A DNA stretch of 64,000 nucleotides from the human T2T-CHM13v2.0 reference genome, Homo sapiens. The DNA lies in the NCBI RefSeq assembly GCF_009914755.1, contig NC_060926.1, one strand, 5' to 3'. The translations under genes were made by a program, and so were the position numbers. Under the pieces are notes generated by a model. It ran no database searches, was not told the DNA's origin, and saw nothing but the letters and a program-made list of their open reading frames with translations. This document shows, one piece after another, positions 42,965 to 57,791 of this stretch (the first letter of the stretch is position 1; every line of letters begins with the position of its first letter).

Positions 42965-44613
42965 CTAAAGGTTTTCTGAAATCTCCAAACTTGTAACCTT
43001 CAGGCTAGATGGCTCAGACCTCAGCATTGAGTCCTAATGCTCACCCTGAGTTGAGTGTGGCAGAGATGCTGATGTTTATACAGAAGACTGAGACCTTTCC
43101 TCATGCAGAATTCATCCTACCTCCAAAAAATTCCTTCCACATTTTTCCAGTTCTGAATAGAAAGGAAAAAATATGCACACTCCTAGGGAGTGCTGCTTAG
43201 GCCCCCACTTCCATACCCCACATGGAGGAAGATGCTTAGAAGGAAGAGGTGGGCTTCCTCCTGGCACAGTTCCAATTTTCCCTTAGATCAGCTGTTTCTG
43301 GGTTTAGGCAAAGAGAACAAAGTGAAACAAAACAACAGATAAGCTTCCCAGAAAATGTTTTGCTTCCTCACAAATAATAAACTGGAGCAGGACATAAGAT
43401 GTCTGTTTGGGCCTTCATTCCCGACATTTCTGCCCTGGCCCATGTGCGTTCACCTGAATGGCCATGTTTGGTCTGTGCTTCATCTTTCAAGATCAGTCAT
43501 TCAGCTCAGAAAAAATAAAATGGATGGTGGATTAACCACCCCTGCTTTAGTAAGATTCTGTCAGGAGCTGGCAGGAGGAAATGATCTGTTCCACACAACA
43601 TAATTGTAATGCTTAAAGCCTGGAAAAAAAGGAGATTTGTTGAAATAAGACATGGCTTGCAGTTAAAATGAGCTTAAAATTCTCAGCTGTATTATGGTGG
43701 GGGAGAAAAAGATTTCAATTCGGGGCTTTAAATTTCAGCCAGACAGTCTAGGTTGGGCAGTTTTCCTTTAACTGTGTCTGGAGTCCTCGAATACTTGATT
43801 CGTTAATCTTTTGTGCAAATTGAATAGAAGATACTTAATTTGCTTTTTTTAAAAAAAAATTTTAAGCATTTTCTATTTAGATTTTCTTCTAAATAGTTTT
43901 AAATGAAACCTCTCGGGCAGAAAAGGAAGAGCCTAAATTAGATATCTCTATGAACAGAACTCTCCAAACCAGCCTCCTTATTTAATACCAGGAAGTGATT
44001 AGTCTGTGTTTAAAGGATTCTGGTCCTTTGCTGGCGCTGCAGTTGTGAGATGAAACCTATTGTAGGGCTCATCCTGGGCTCAGCTGCCTCTGGGGGCTCA
44101 TCCCAGGCCTCCCTTGATGGGGAGGGAAGGGAGAATAGTACAGACTGCTCATGGATCCTCTGTGGCTCCCCATGGGCACATAATTTCTTTTCATAGTGTT
44201 TTGCATTCTGGATAGATTTTAGAAGTGCAAAGTGTTAGCACTCATTGTGTATATATTAGAGAAGTGGACTCCAAGACTTCTCTGTGGCCCAGAATCTAGC
44301 CGAAAATTGAGCCGTTCCTTAGATAATGTAATACAGGAGTAAAGTCAGTTTAGTTTGCCTCCGTTATCAGGCAGTTGCAGAAGGGTAGTGCCTAGGTAGC
44401 ATAGTCAGTGCCCAAAAACAGCACTGCTGCTGTTATTATTACCTCATCGTGTTTTGATTTAGTTACCTGGTTTCGATACATAGCTCTCAGTCCTTCAGTG
44501 GACCCTCTTTTATACTCTGCTATGTCCTCAGTGCTATGCTGGGTGCCCTTGTGCCTGATGGCATACGTAAGGGATGACCTTGCCCCGAGGAAGCAGAAGG
44601 CGGCATTAGGGGC

Positions 44614-45020
44614 TGGGTGTTAGTTCCTTTGTGTTGCTATAAAGAAATACTTAAGGCTAGGTAATTTATGAGGAAAACAGGTTTATTTTGGCCTACAGTT
44701 CTTTAGGCTGTACAGGAAGTGTGGTGCTGGCATTTGCTTCTAGTGAGGGCCTCGGGGTTTACAATCATGGCGGAAGGCTAAGGGGGAGCAGGTGTGTCAC
44801 ATGGTGAGCAAGAGGGAGGAGGTACCAGCCTCTTTTAAACAGCCAGATCTCACAGGAACTCTTAGGAGTAAGAAGCCACTTATTATCACGAGGACAGCAC
44901 CAAGCAGTTCAGGCGCTATCTGCCCCCATGACCCAAATACCTCCCACTAGGCCCACCTCCAACATTGGAGGTCCTATTTCAACGTGGGATTTGGAAGGGA
45001 CAAATATCCAAAGTATATCA
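44614..45020 (-). mobile_element. MST (MSTB-like) ERVL-MaLR solo LTR
   Basis: gttgctataaagaaatac..acaatcatggcggaaggc..cctcccactaggcccacctccaacattgg..atatca; candidate TSD ggggc. Confidence 0.85.
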
Positions 45021-45377
45021 GGGGCCCAGCAGAAGCAAAGGCTGCAGGGAATGAGTCAGAAGTGCACATAACACAGAGCTTGGAAGGCTGAGTTATTTTC
45101 TGACAACCACCTGTGCAGGCAGCCCGAGACTTAGGACTCTGACACGGGAGTGGCCACATTGAGCAGCCAGCATATCTGGAAATGGTTGCCTTAGCTGTGT
45201 GACCAGAGACCCTAGAATTTTTTGTCTCCTTTCTCTTCCCTTCTCTATATACACAGCAGACTGCCTGCTCCATTCTACTGACTCTCCTCTACTCTATTCC
45301 TAATTTTTAGCTCCAAGGAAGAGTTTAAAGAGAGAGAATACCTTTAGCTGCCCATCCTGCATTACTTGCCCCCATTC

Positions 45378-45673
<296 letters not shown>

Positions 45674-46660
45674 ATTACTCCCTTTTCAAGCCAAGTACTG
45701 TGCCGAGCCTCCTCATTGCTGGGAAGTGGTCTAGGGAGCTCTGGGGTTGGGTGTCCTCCAAACTCTCAAGTATGCCACCATTTGTTAGGCCTGTTTCGAC
45801 AGAAGAGGGGAGTGCCTCTCTTTTTTCCATCACATTGGGGACATTTTTATTTCCTACTTCTTACTATACCTGGATTCTGGAAACCTGACATGGTCTTTTT
45901 AGATTGTCTTGGGAATGGCATTTATGGAGGAACTGTGAGACCATCTGCTTCCTTGGGGGCTCTGCTTAGAAGCAGCTGGTGGGGAAGCCAGGGGCTTTCA
46001 GAAGAAGATGACAGGGTAACAGGAGCCTGCTGTGCTGAGCCGTGCTTCAGGCCTTCATGGGCCACCAAGTCCCAGGTGTGGGCGTAGCTCTTGCCACCAC
46101 ACATTCTGGAATCCTTACTTCCATCCTCCTTCCTTTTCTTCTTGTCCTTGGAGCTGAAGGACTCTGTGTCTGCTGCAATTGTGGCAGCAGAGGAGAGAGG
46201 TCCTTTATATCCTGAGCCAGAATTCTCAAAGCTCTTTCCTGTAAACAGTGTGACATAAAGGTGGTTCAGGTTCGTAGCACAGATAGTCTGGAACTCCGCT
46301 TAGGAGGTGCTGACATCAAGTTTTCTTCCTTCAAAGTGGCCTGAGACTGTCACTTTATATTTCTGTAGGAAAATGTGTTCCAAAGGACTGATGTGCAATG
46401 TAGCCCATTGATATCTTGGAAATGATTTAGGGTCAAGAGGCTAGAGAGGTGTATATTAACACATTTACTATCAGAGGTGGATTCAGTGAAGAAAGAAGCC
46501 CCGAGGGATTCCTGGAAGGGTAGGTGGGATTTTAACAGGCAAGGGAATGAGGAAGGGCAGTTCATGTCAGGAGGGTGGTGTGCTCTGGAGGAAGGACCCT
46601 CTAAGTGAGGAATAAGGGGCAGAGGTAGCTCTGCATGCTTATTTTTGCAACGTGTTAGGT

Positions 46661-47175
46661 CACGCAGAAAAAAAATTAACATAGCAGGCCTGAGACTGCT
46701 ATGCTTAGCAAAGGGCCTGCCTGCAAGGTTGGCCCTTGGCTGGCATCTAGGAACTTGTGTTTGACGGGGGAAAGTTCCTACCATTTCCTGATAAGACTGT
46801 TTCGCTGTGCCTAAACTGTTTATGAAAACAATACGGCTTATGCTGAATGCCTCTTTTCCCTCTGGGAGTCTGAATTTGTGTAATGTACTAGGCAGAGAGT
46901 TGCCTATTAAACCAGCTCCCAATAAGAACCTGGCCACTGAGTCTCTAATGAGCTTTATGCATGTTGTCATTTGTGTCTCCTCGGGGAGAGGACTCCTGGA
47001 AGATTGCACCTGGTTTCCTGCACGTTTTATCCTATGCACCTTTTCTCTTTGCTGATCTTGCTTTGTATTCTTTTACTGTAATACATCATAGCCACGGGTA
47101 TGACTGTATGCTGAGTCCTTTGAGTGCTCCTAATGAATCATTGAAACTGGAGGTAGTACTGGGGTCCCTGACCCA
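46661..47175 (+). mobile_element. MER68/MER21-group solo LTR
   Basis: ttaacatagcaggcctgagactgctat..gcaaggttggcccttggctggcatct..tatgctgagtcct; TSD taggt/tagga. Confidence 0.75.
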
Positions 47176-47451
47176 TAGGAATATTGGTGAATACTGTTGT
47201 GTGTGTGGGGTAGGGAAATAAAATCTACTTACTGAAAGGCACATTACATAAAACAAGGACTTTTTGTAGTCCTTTCTCAGTAGTTAATTTTCATGGTGAG
47301 GAAAATTTGTGTGCTCTGCAACAAAAAAAGTGAGGGAAGCCCATTTTAGAAGTGAAGATATTTTTCATATTGTGTTAAATTTATTATAACTAAGCTTCAG
47401 TTATAGCAGTTGCTAAAATATTTTGTGAGAATATGTGTTCTTGAATTATAG

Positions 47452-47528
47452 AAATTCAGACGGCGTGTTCAAGAATCTACACAAGTGCTAAGAGAACTGG
47501 AAATTTCTTTAAGAACTAACCACATTGG
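47452..47528 (+). CDS. FMNL2: FMNL2 coding exon 4 (77 nt, phase 0-2): KFRRRVQESTQVLRELEISLRTNHI(G)
   Basis: ttatag| acceptor, TGG|gtaagt donor; conserved LEISLRTN formin motif. Not in the ORF track; translated by hand. Confidence 0.96.
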
Positions 47529-48458
47529 GTAAGTATACCCCTTTAACATCTTAGCTCTAAAGCTTTTGGACACTTTACAAAGTAACTGAATCATACCCAA
47601 AGAATTGAGCTTCCTTATGGGCCATTATAAATTAAAAGACTGAGGTTTTAGTAGATGAAACCTTGTTAGTACTCAAATTACTTACTGCCCCAAGAATCAG
47701 CAGAAGCAAGACAGATAGTCCTTGATGTGGAATTTATAACAATTCTATATTTCTTTGAGCGGGTGCAGTAAATATGGACACTTGGTTTCATGTGTGCATA
47801 ACAATTCTCTGGCAAATCAGAAACCCCCAATAGTGCATGTAGACTGAGATCTTGGAAAATCTCTAAGCTTTTACTGTAGTTCTCCAAGTTGGTTGGTTGA
47901 AGCTGCTTTATTTCCCTTTCGTTAATTCTCTAGAGTTTCTGGCCAGAAGGGGACGGAAGCTGGAATAATGTCACTTGACTCACCTCATTGCACTCAGACA
48001 CATTCTCAGTCTCTTTTTCATACATCTCAAAACCTCAGGACCATGAAGTGTAAATCCACTGTGGGAAAATAAAGTTCAGGGAATCTATGCACTAAGCATT
48101 CTGAGTTTCTTTCAGACAATGACATGGTGCTTTGCCTCAGGCAAGAACAGCAATATTATATTCTCCCTTACCCCTGGGTGGCCTAATTGTACTATGTCTT
48201 AAAACAAGATGGCTTCTCTCTAAGGTAGAATGATATCAGGTATCCTATTTTGTAGCCCTCCTTCTGCCCAAAGCACCTGCGTAACATTGGGCAAGCTATT
48301 TAACCCCTTTGGTTTTGATTCTTTGAGCTTTACAATGAGAGGACTATCGACTTTTAGATCTTTTAGAATTTTCCCATGACATTCTTTGCAAGTCTATTGG
48401 AAATTAATTTTGATGTATATATATTGCACTTTAGTTTTACAGAGTATGCTGTAACATA

Positions 48459-48578
48459 CAGTAAGTTCTGTCTCGTTGATAGTTCTTCTTGAAAACCATG
48501 AGTTTAAGTGAAATAATGTTGTTATAAAACCTTTTCCCCCCCTCATCAATGTCATAATGAAATAATGTTATTTGAGGT
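48459..48578 (+). mobile_element. MER6-like Tigger MITE remnant
   Basis: cagtaagttc..gtttaagtgaaataatgt..ctcatcaatgtcataatgaaataatgttatttgagg. Confidence 0.45.
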
Positions 48579-49181
48579 TAAGTAAGGACTTGATGTGGAT
48601 TTATTATGTAGATAAAAGTTTACTTCAGACTGCTGTAAGCCATTCAAATGGTTAATTAGCATAGTTATTTCAAAATAAACTTTTAGAAACTGTAGAAATG
48701 CTATTGTGATTGATAGGTGATGGAACTTGGGTAAGAATGTGCATTTCTTAAATGATAACCAGCAGGTTTTTCACCTTGAGAATGAAATATTCAGAAAATG
48801 AATTAATTCTAGACTTTGTCCCTGGAAATGGGCTATAGAACAAAGAATCATAGAGTCATGATTTTAGAACTGGAAGAGAAATTAAGAATTGCCTGATGCC
48901 TACTTTTACAGATTAAAAGAATTAAAGACCAGAGAAGGTGAGTGAATTGCACAAAGTCTACAGCTGTAGAGCCAGGTGCTTTGGCTCAAGTTGCTCTGTT
49001 GTTTTTCCTGTATGACTTATGCTGGCAGCCGTTTCCCTGAAAGTAAATAAGATTATCAGGGATCTGGGATCAAAGCAATGAGGCTTGTCTGCTGGGGATG
49101 AACATGGTAGTAGTTTAATACTTTTGGGCATTTAGACTCAGGACATTTAAATACTTTCTAATATTTATGAATCAGGAGCTA

Positions 49182-49591
<410 letters not shown>

Positions 49592-50165
49592 GCATTTCTT
49601 TAAGCATTGCCGAAGTAATGTGAAATTGACCATCAAATACAAAAGGAAGATGATCATTTCCAACACAAACTTGGCTGAATAGAAGAACCTTGGTTGGGTT
49701 GAAGCCAGTGCAGTCTGCAAGCAATCGGAGTGGTTTGTTGTTGAGGATACTGTAGGCATATTGAAAGATTCTTAGATTTCTTTCATCCTTACCAGGTGAA
49801 GTTTTCCCTTGCCCACCATCTATGTGAGGAACTCTGAAAGCTTTGGCTTTAGCAGCAGAAAAATTCATGGAGATGCATTGTCTGATTATATGCAACCAAT
49901 CACTAGCATAAACTTACGTGAAGTAAAACCACACAACCAGATTGTGACCATCTTGCCTGTTCTGAAAACCCAAACCTGAACTCACTCTTTGTTATGTAAA
50001 CTAACTGGCTTGCTCTCACTTGATAGGGATATCTTCTGAAAAATTACTCAATAATGATGAAAATAATCAGTTACTAAAATGAAGAATTCTTGGAATGCAA
50101 GGTGCTATTTAAGGAAGCCATATATTTTATTGTACTGTTTAAAATACTGTAATAGATAGATAATT

Positions 50166-50442
50166 CAGTGAGTGTGGTGACCCACGCCTGTATTCCCAGT
50201 ACTTTGGGAGGCCGAGGCAGGACGATTACTTGAGCCCAAGAGTTTGAGACCAGCTTGGGTAACATAGTGAGACCTTGTGTCTACAAAAAAATAAAATATT
50301 AGCCAGTCACAATGTCACGTACCTGTAATGCCTGGGACACTGAGGCAGAAGGATCAATTGAGCCCATGAGTTCGAGGCTGCAGTGAGCAGCCATTGCACT
50401 CTCTGAGTAACAGAGTGAGACCCTGTCTCTAAAAATAAAAAA
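50166..50442 (+). mobile_element. Alu (AluJ-type, diverged)
   Basis: Diverged dimer with deletions in the right arm. Confidence 0.9.
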
Positions 50443-51958
50443 TCGGTGCCCATTTGCTCAAATTTTTGCTATGCCCCTTTCTAGTTATTTGACCTTAGAT
50501 AAGTTATGTAAGTTTTCTGCACTTACTATGTGACCCAAGTTAAATTCTCATTGATAAAATTAGTATAATACTTACATCACAGGAATATTATAAGGATTAG
50601 ATGACATAACTTGTAAATTCCTAATAAAGGGTCTGAAACATAATAGTTACTCAATATATGATAGTTGTTTGTTATGCTTGTTGCAAATAATTACCTGCAG
50701 TATTCAACAGTATTATATATCTCTAAGGATATACATCTCTTATATATATCTCTAAGGAATTCCCTAAGGCAGAGAGTATTATCATCTTTATCTAAAATGA
50801 TCCTGACACCCAGGAGATTATGATACCCAGAAATTAAAAAGGAGGGATTACATTTACAATCTACTTGTCCTAAAAAAATTGTTCTGGGCACATGCTTGCT
50901 TTTCAACGTTAAAGACTTGAGCTTTCCCAAGATAACATTCTGAGCTGCAGCTTTGTCAAGCAAAGGACTTCTTCTGAGTTTTGATATAAGCCTAAAACTC
51001 TATAAATGGAACAATCTTCTGAGAAAGAAAATTAATTTTCTTTGAGTCAAATTGAAATAAGAATTGGACTAGAAATAATCCCATTCACTTACTCTTAGGA
51101 ACTATAATAATAGAGAAGAATTGGATTATGACTTATCTAAGCTTTTGAAATTACTTGAAATACCCTTGAAATGATCCACATAGTGTTAGAATACACTAGC
51201 CATGCAGTGTGAGTAGGCAGATGCCATGGTGCTTAAGATGTCAGAGTGATAGGATTTAAATAGTGGTGAGGGTGAACTGGACAGATTTACCAGCTTTATT
51301 CTATGGAACTGATGTGTACACTGTCTCTCCTTGCAGGGAATTTATTGTAGTAAAGCTGCCTATAATGATAGAAAATTACTTTTCATCCTCAGTGCAAGGT
51401 CACAGAAGTTCTGAAAGATGCTCATTTCACTTTCTCATTGTGGTGTAGAGAGAACAGGCATGAGATGGCAGAAGGAATGTGGCAAGTTGGCAAGGAGGGG
51501 AAGGAGGTTTGTAGAAAAGGGAAGATGCTGAGGAACTGCTTAGTTGATGTCTTCTCTCCTGCCCACCAGACTTCTTTATGAATCAGTGCTGGCTGAGCCA
51601 GGCCAAAAGAAGAAAGACAGGAGAGTGACAAAGGCTGCTTTTAACGTGCATACAACACGTATGGGAGTGTATGTGTGTATCAAGCTGCCTTATGATTAAC
51701 TTATTCCTAGATGGTACTTTTTTAGAAACCATCAAGGTTATAATCATTTTGTCATTTATTAAGCACGGTGTTAGGTACTTTACGTTTGTTATTCTGTGTA
51801 TTTCCTACAAAAATCTTATTGACCATTAGCCCTGAATCCCTGTTTTACGGATGAGAATACTGAGGGTCATTTATTAAGTACCTTGCTCAATTCCACACAA
51901 GTTAGAAGCACCGAGATTTGAGCCTAGATATGGTCACTTCTAAAATTTATTACTAAAC

Positions 51959-53701
51959 CAGCAATTCTCACATTTTTTTTTTTTTTTTGGTTTTAGAGTG
52001 CCTTTATACTTTTAACTTATTTTTGAACCCCAATAAGCTTTTGTTTAGATGTGTCAAATCTATTAATGTTTATAATATTAGAAATTAAAACTGATAAATT
52101 TTAAATGTCTTTAATAAAATGTAATATTTAATAACATTTAATTTAAATACATATAAAATAAATGTTATGTATTAACATAAATATTAATACATTATAAATT
52201 AAATGACATGTTTTATGAAAAATATTCTTCAAATCCAAAAAAAAATTGGTGACAAAGGCTGCATTGGTTTAATTTTTGCAAATCTCCTTAGCATCTGGTT
52301 AATAGTTGGCAGCTAGATTCTCCTGAGTCAACATTCAATTTGTCGTGATCTGTTTTGATTGATGTATATGTAGAAAATTGGGTCTTATACACACTTAGAG
52401 ATGAGTTTTTTAAATGGTCTTTTCAGATAATTGGGATATTCTTTTTTTAGTAGTACCCCCAAAATTGAACGGCTAGTAACTAATTCTTACAGATAGCTAT
52501 AATGTAGAGTCTGAAATCATATCAGTGAACTTTTTGTGCTCTGTTATATTAAAATCCATTGGCCAGGTGCTGTGGCCTGCAGTCCCAGCAACTTTGGAAG
52601 GCCAAGGTGGGCAGGATGGCTTGAGCCTGGGAGTTTGAGACCAGCCTGGGTAACATGGTGAACCCCTGTCTCTATAAAAAATACAAAAATTAACCAGGTG
52701 TGGTGGCATGATCCTGGAGTCTCAGCTACTCAGGAGGCTGAGGTAGGAGGATCACTTGAGCCCAGGAGGTTGAGGCTACAGTAAGCCATGATTGTGCCAC
52801 TGCACTTCAGCCTCAGCAACAAAGTAAGACCCTGTCTCAAAAAATCCTTTGTGCTGTCTTACACTTTGATTGGGTCTTTTTATCCATACATGAACTTGTG
52901 ACATGATTTGTTAACATCATGTTGGTCATTTGGAAGATCAGAATAACTCAGTAAAATCATGTTTCTCCACTGTTGAAGCATATCCCTTTACAATGTTTTT
53001 AAAAATCACATTTGTTAATAACCACCAGTCTGATTAGAATATATGTTAAGTATTGAGAAGCTGTCAAACTGACGGTGGTGAATACAGGTTTTCCAGAATT
53101 CTAGTTTTTGTTTGAAAGCTCAAAGTTGGTCATCAGCAACAAATACTGTGTTGTCCCTGAAAGGATGGGCTCACTTCATATTTGAGTAAATGTCTGCCAC
53201 ATACCCCAAACTGAATCACCATAGTTTGTCAGTTATTTTTACAAGTAAATTGACATTCCATGAAAAAATGGCTAGTTCAGCTCGCAACTCAAACAATTTC
53301 ACAGGTGCTTTTCCTTGAGACAACTGTGCTACTTGGGCAGGTAGCAGAAGTACTTTATGTGAGCTTCCTGTTTTGTCACACTGAAAATGAAAAAGATGTG
53401 TACTAAATGAGTAAGCTTTAATAAAATCAATATTTTTTATTGCTTATCTAAGGGCGTTCTTAAGTGAAGCTGGCCTTTTCCCCCTCCTGAGTGCACGGAG
53501 TGACAAATACAATAAATAGGTGTCTTCTTTGGTTGCAGCAGTTTTATACAGTATTTCTTTGGCATTGTAAGTGTCAGTGTCAACAGATTGAAAACAACTA
53601 ATGTCCTAATATTTTTGTGAAAACAGTTTTACCTTCACAGGCGCCCTGAGAGGGTTTCAGGGACCCCTAGTGGTATATGGGCTATACTTTGAGAATCAGT
53701 T
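51959..53701. mobile_element. Charlie1a-like hAT DNA transposon interrupted by an Alu
   Basis: Ends cagcaattctca.. and ..tactttgagaatcagt; internal aagcttttgttt..tattagaaattaaaactga; about 1.45 kb without the Alu. Confidence 0.8.
52561..52844 (+). mobile_element. Alu (AluJ-type) nested in Charlie1
   Basis: Dimer; TSD aaaatcc(a/t)tt. Confidence 0.92.
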
Positions 53702-56700
53702 TGCAACACTGCCTAACAGAGTAGATCTGATGACCAGTGTTGAATCCACACAGTGCTTCTTTCTCTTGCTTTTCATGATTTTTCATCAACTTCAGTTCCC
53801 AACATATGTCTGTAGGACCTCTCTCTAGAGGAGGCTGGCAAAAGGAATTAACTGCTTTTTCCTTTCTGTTGTGCAACTTTGGGCTACTTGGCTTGATCTT
53901 AGAAATTGAAAGCCAGGAACATCTCTTAAGACCTATATGAGGAGAAATAAGGTTCTAAGATTTGGGGAGACAGAACAAAGATTTGATATTAAGCTGTGAC
54001 CAGCCTACAATAAAACAGTGACTGTTGGCATTGGCACTTACATCTCTTCCTTGCACCCAATTTCTTCCAGAGCTATTTGTCATTGTCCCTGTCTTTTCCA
54101 GCTCCTAAGCATCTGATTTAGAATTTGCCTAAATTCAGATGTACAGCATATGGTAATTACATTGAATCCGTGAGGCACTCAGGAAGTTATGCGTTCTGTC
54201 AGAGTCAGAAATAATTCAACTTTCCAAAACCTATAATCACCCAATTTGAAACTGTTTGCCTATTGGCAACATATTAAAAAGTGTGTGTAGCATGCACAGA
54301 GGTGAAATGGAACTAATTTGCTATGGGAACCCTGAATATATGATATAGTCCTTGCATGATCATTTACATAAATCTGCAAAATGAGGCATCCATATTCTTT
54401 GAATGCCTTTAGATTCCAGTTACTGCTTTGAAAGTTGCCCGTTTTTATCTTTACCTGTTTTCTTTCCTTACTCTTATATTTCTGTAGAAGTTCACTTTCA
54501 ACTCCAATTGAAAATGGCCAGTTCTCTCCAATACAGAAAGTTCCAAGTCAAGAAGGGGTAGGGACTGAGATAATAGTTAGAAAAATGGGGGCTCTTTTTT
54601 CATGTCATCCATACCCTTATTGCTGAAATGACTTTGCTAAGCTAACCTGATACCATTTGATAAAGTGGGGAAGGTAGCCAGCCCTGAAAGACTGATCTCA
54701 TTCTTTCCTAAAGCAGCTGGGGGTGTCAGGACTAGATCAAATCCCAGGGAGGATCTTGTAGCTTTGAAAAAGATGTTAACTGCATGAAATTAAATCAGGG
54801 GTAAAACATGTCACACTTTAGCTGACCTTTTAGGAGGTAGGCAGCAGGCTGTTACCTTTTACTCAGAAAATTGTCTTTGAGGCCCTTTCACTCAAAGTCA
54901 GGAAGTGGTGATGGGGGCATGGATAAGGACTCTGAAGTGAAGTAAGAGGAGCCAATGAGTATTCTTTATCCCTGCATTAAAACGTATGCATATTAGCATG
55001 TTAAGCGAATTGTAGCTCTGGCTGTACTTGGCTATTTCCTACCTTAAAAAAATTTAGTTTTTCTTCTGTAGGTCACTTGCCTCTTGTCCAATTGGTGGCT
55101 GAACTTTCCAAGTGAGATGGAGGTGCCTGCCAGTAGTTGACACAAGGGCAGGCACTGAGTGCATTCTGAATGGTCTGCACTCTACAGAGGCTGCATCTGG
55201 AAAATCAACCAGAAGAAACGACAATGGCTGTTTCTCTTAGCTCCTAAATTAGTGTGTTCTTATGGGCCACTGAGAATATGTACAACTGAGACTGCCCTGA
55301 AAAATCTGCCCCCCTCCCCCCGCCGTGATTATTTTTCATATTAAAAAGACACCCACCACCGAGGGCCAGTTTAAATTGTACAATCACAGCCCATAGGCCA
55401 CCAATGGAAAAGCCTAAGCAAGGCTAAGGGGCTTGAATTTAAAGATTTTCTAATCATCAGATTTTGATATTGAGTTCCAGACTTTAAGTCTCCAGCCAGT
55501 TACAAAAAAGAAAAAATTCTTTTTACTATTTCTAAGCTTCTAATTACTAGTATTTAAACGTGATCAGTGTCTCCTGAGACCTAGCACCACAGAAAGTACT
55601 TAAAATAAATAAAAAATAAGTATCTAGTAGGTGCTGTGAGATTGTGTATGTGGCTGTTTTGAAATGAAACTTCAGCCTCCACCAGTAGCCAGCCCTGTTA
55701 GTTTTGTCTAGGTCTCATAACAAAGCCACTTTGTGAGGCCTACCAGGTGGTATTTTCTTTGCCACCGTTGCCACTCCAGGTCTCTCTTAAATTAAATGTT
55801 ATATGTTTACAGGCAGCTATGCCAAGTGCATAGGTTTTGCAGTTGCCTCTCTGAGGCGCTTGAGGGGAAAACACAAGGCAATCTTTCCACTTTCCCACTT
55901 TGCCGCCTCCTGGAACTACCTGCAGACCTGGGCTGGGTTTGCATCATGGAGATGACAGGACTAGAAGAAAGAATGACCTTGAGGATGAAACAAAGAACCC
56001 CTTCCCCCTGCCAAAAATTAAAACAAACAAACAAAAAACCAAATATCCTGATTCCATGGGATTGTTTTCTGCCTTTTAAGACAAAGACCTCAAGGGGTTG
56101 CTCATGCTTAAGGGATACTTGGTAGAATTGTCCTACTGTTATTTTAATAACTAACAAAACTGGCTTCCATAGTCACTATCATGTCCATAGCTGGTCAGAC
56201 TTTTTAGCTTGGTGTTTCTGGAGGAAAGCAACCATTGTGGAATGCAGGTGGCAGATGTACCTCAAGTGGCATTTCAGCGATAGTAGTAGATCTTTTAACT
56301 TATTATTTGTTGGAGTTTGAAACTTACTGAAGGTTTAATCAGGTACCATATGTTGTTTGAAGATGAATGCACTGGAGGAAATCTGTAAAAGGGGGTGGTG
56401 ACATTTTACATCCATCTCCCTAAAGATTCTGTTTGACCTCCCATCAGGATTATTATGAAGAACAAATAAGAATGTATAAGCATTCTCCATGCACTGTGGA
56501 GCACCATTCAAATGCAAGGAGGTATTATTTAAAAATGAATTTTTTAAAAAACCTGATATTTGTCATGTGCCGGCCTTGATGATAGTATGCGGTGCCTGCA
56601 GCTTTTTAAAAAGGTTTTAACATTCATGGAAAAAGTTAAGCAAATCATTATCCCTATTGAATTTCTAGAAGCCCATAAACAGTGGTCTCTCATTGGCTAG

Positions 56701-57172
56701 TTTAGTGGTTTCTGTAGCTTAGTGTGCCAAGGACTTGAACTTGGATTTGGAATCCCGCCTGGATTTTTGTGGTTATGTTGTCATGTCCCCCATCTGCCTC
56801 ATTGTCCATAGTCTTGCTTCCTTCCACAAGCAGGCTGTAGATCAATTGTGGTGGAAAAAGTGCATTAAGCAAGTGCCTTCTTTAAAGAAAGTTTCTTACA
56901 GATTATCTTAAATCCTCTAAGCAGTAAAATGCAAAGATGGCCCACGTGTACTTTTTGGCCCTTATTTTTGCACATTAAAAAGTTGTGGTTTTCTTAGTTA
57001 CCATATCTGAAAAGCTCCTGCCTCATGTGAAGTAGTCTAGGCCTTCCTCCCTATGTCCTTTCAGGCAATGAAAGTTTCTGGTGGAAACAACAAAACTTTG
57101 CATTGTGTCCGTTCCATGGCAGGTCATGTGATCAATTTCTCCAATGATTTTTGTTTTTTTTTCCCCCAACAG

Positions 57173-57256
57173 ATGGGTCAGAGAATTTCTGAATGAAGAA
57201 AACAAAGGTCTTGATGTTCTAGTGGAATATCTCTCATTTGCACAGTACGCGGTAAC
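57173..57256 (+). CDS. FMNL2: FMNL2 coding exon 5 (84 nt, phase 2-2): [27 protein letters not shown](T)
   Basis: Strong pyrimidine tract plus caacag| acceptor, AAC|gtaagt donor; WVxEF..GLDVL formin motif; phase fits exon 4. Confidence 0.97.
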
Positions 57257-57791
57257 GTAAGTAAAACTTGGCTTGCTTGCATTTGAATTTTATGGGGTCA
57301 CAGCAGATGCTACTCAGTGGTAAAATTATACACCACAGAGAGGGCAGAAACTCAGAAGCAGATGTGCTAGGGCTTAGGGAGGTTTGTTTCTGTTTGGGTA
57401 ACTAAAAACAAATCACATAATGGTATTAGAAATGCCTTTAAGGCAGAAGTAAAACAGGTGAATAAAAATCACTCTTAAAGGAGCCCTTATTTTCAAAAGT
57501 AACGCTCTCTTTAGGGCTTAAGTTACATATATGGAAGAATAGTCTAACAGTTGGTGAAAGAGGTATGTGATAAATCACTAGGCGATGCAAAAGAGTGACT
57601 CCCTTTTTCTTTTAAAAATGATGTCTGCATGTATATTTGCATATGCTAGTAAGTGCATAGAAAATGATTGCAGAAACAGATACCAAACGTAGTGGCACTG
57701 GAGGGAGAGGTAACAGGAGGCTGTTCCTTTTTCCTTGATATGCATTTGTATTGTTTTGATTTTCTGCCCATAAGCTGAAGGGGAGTAAAAA

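Noticed and set aside
46350-47039. 229-aa minus-strand ORF, the longest in the track
   Set aside because: Largely overlaps the antisense strand of a MER68-like LTR; no recognisable domain or supporting splice/promoter context.
51959-53701. Possible domesticated transposase in the Charlie1 element
   Set aside because: Non-autonomous length, interrupted by an Alu, and no long ORF.
57251-57262. Competing donor GCG|gtaacg 5 nt upstream of the exon 5 donor
   Set aside because: Weaker than AAC|gtaagt and frame-shifting; a common chance arrangement.
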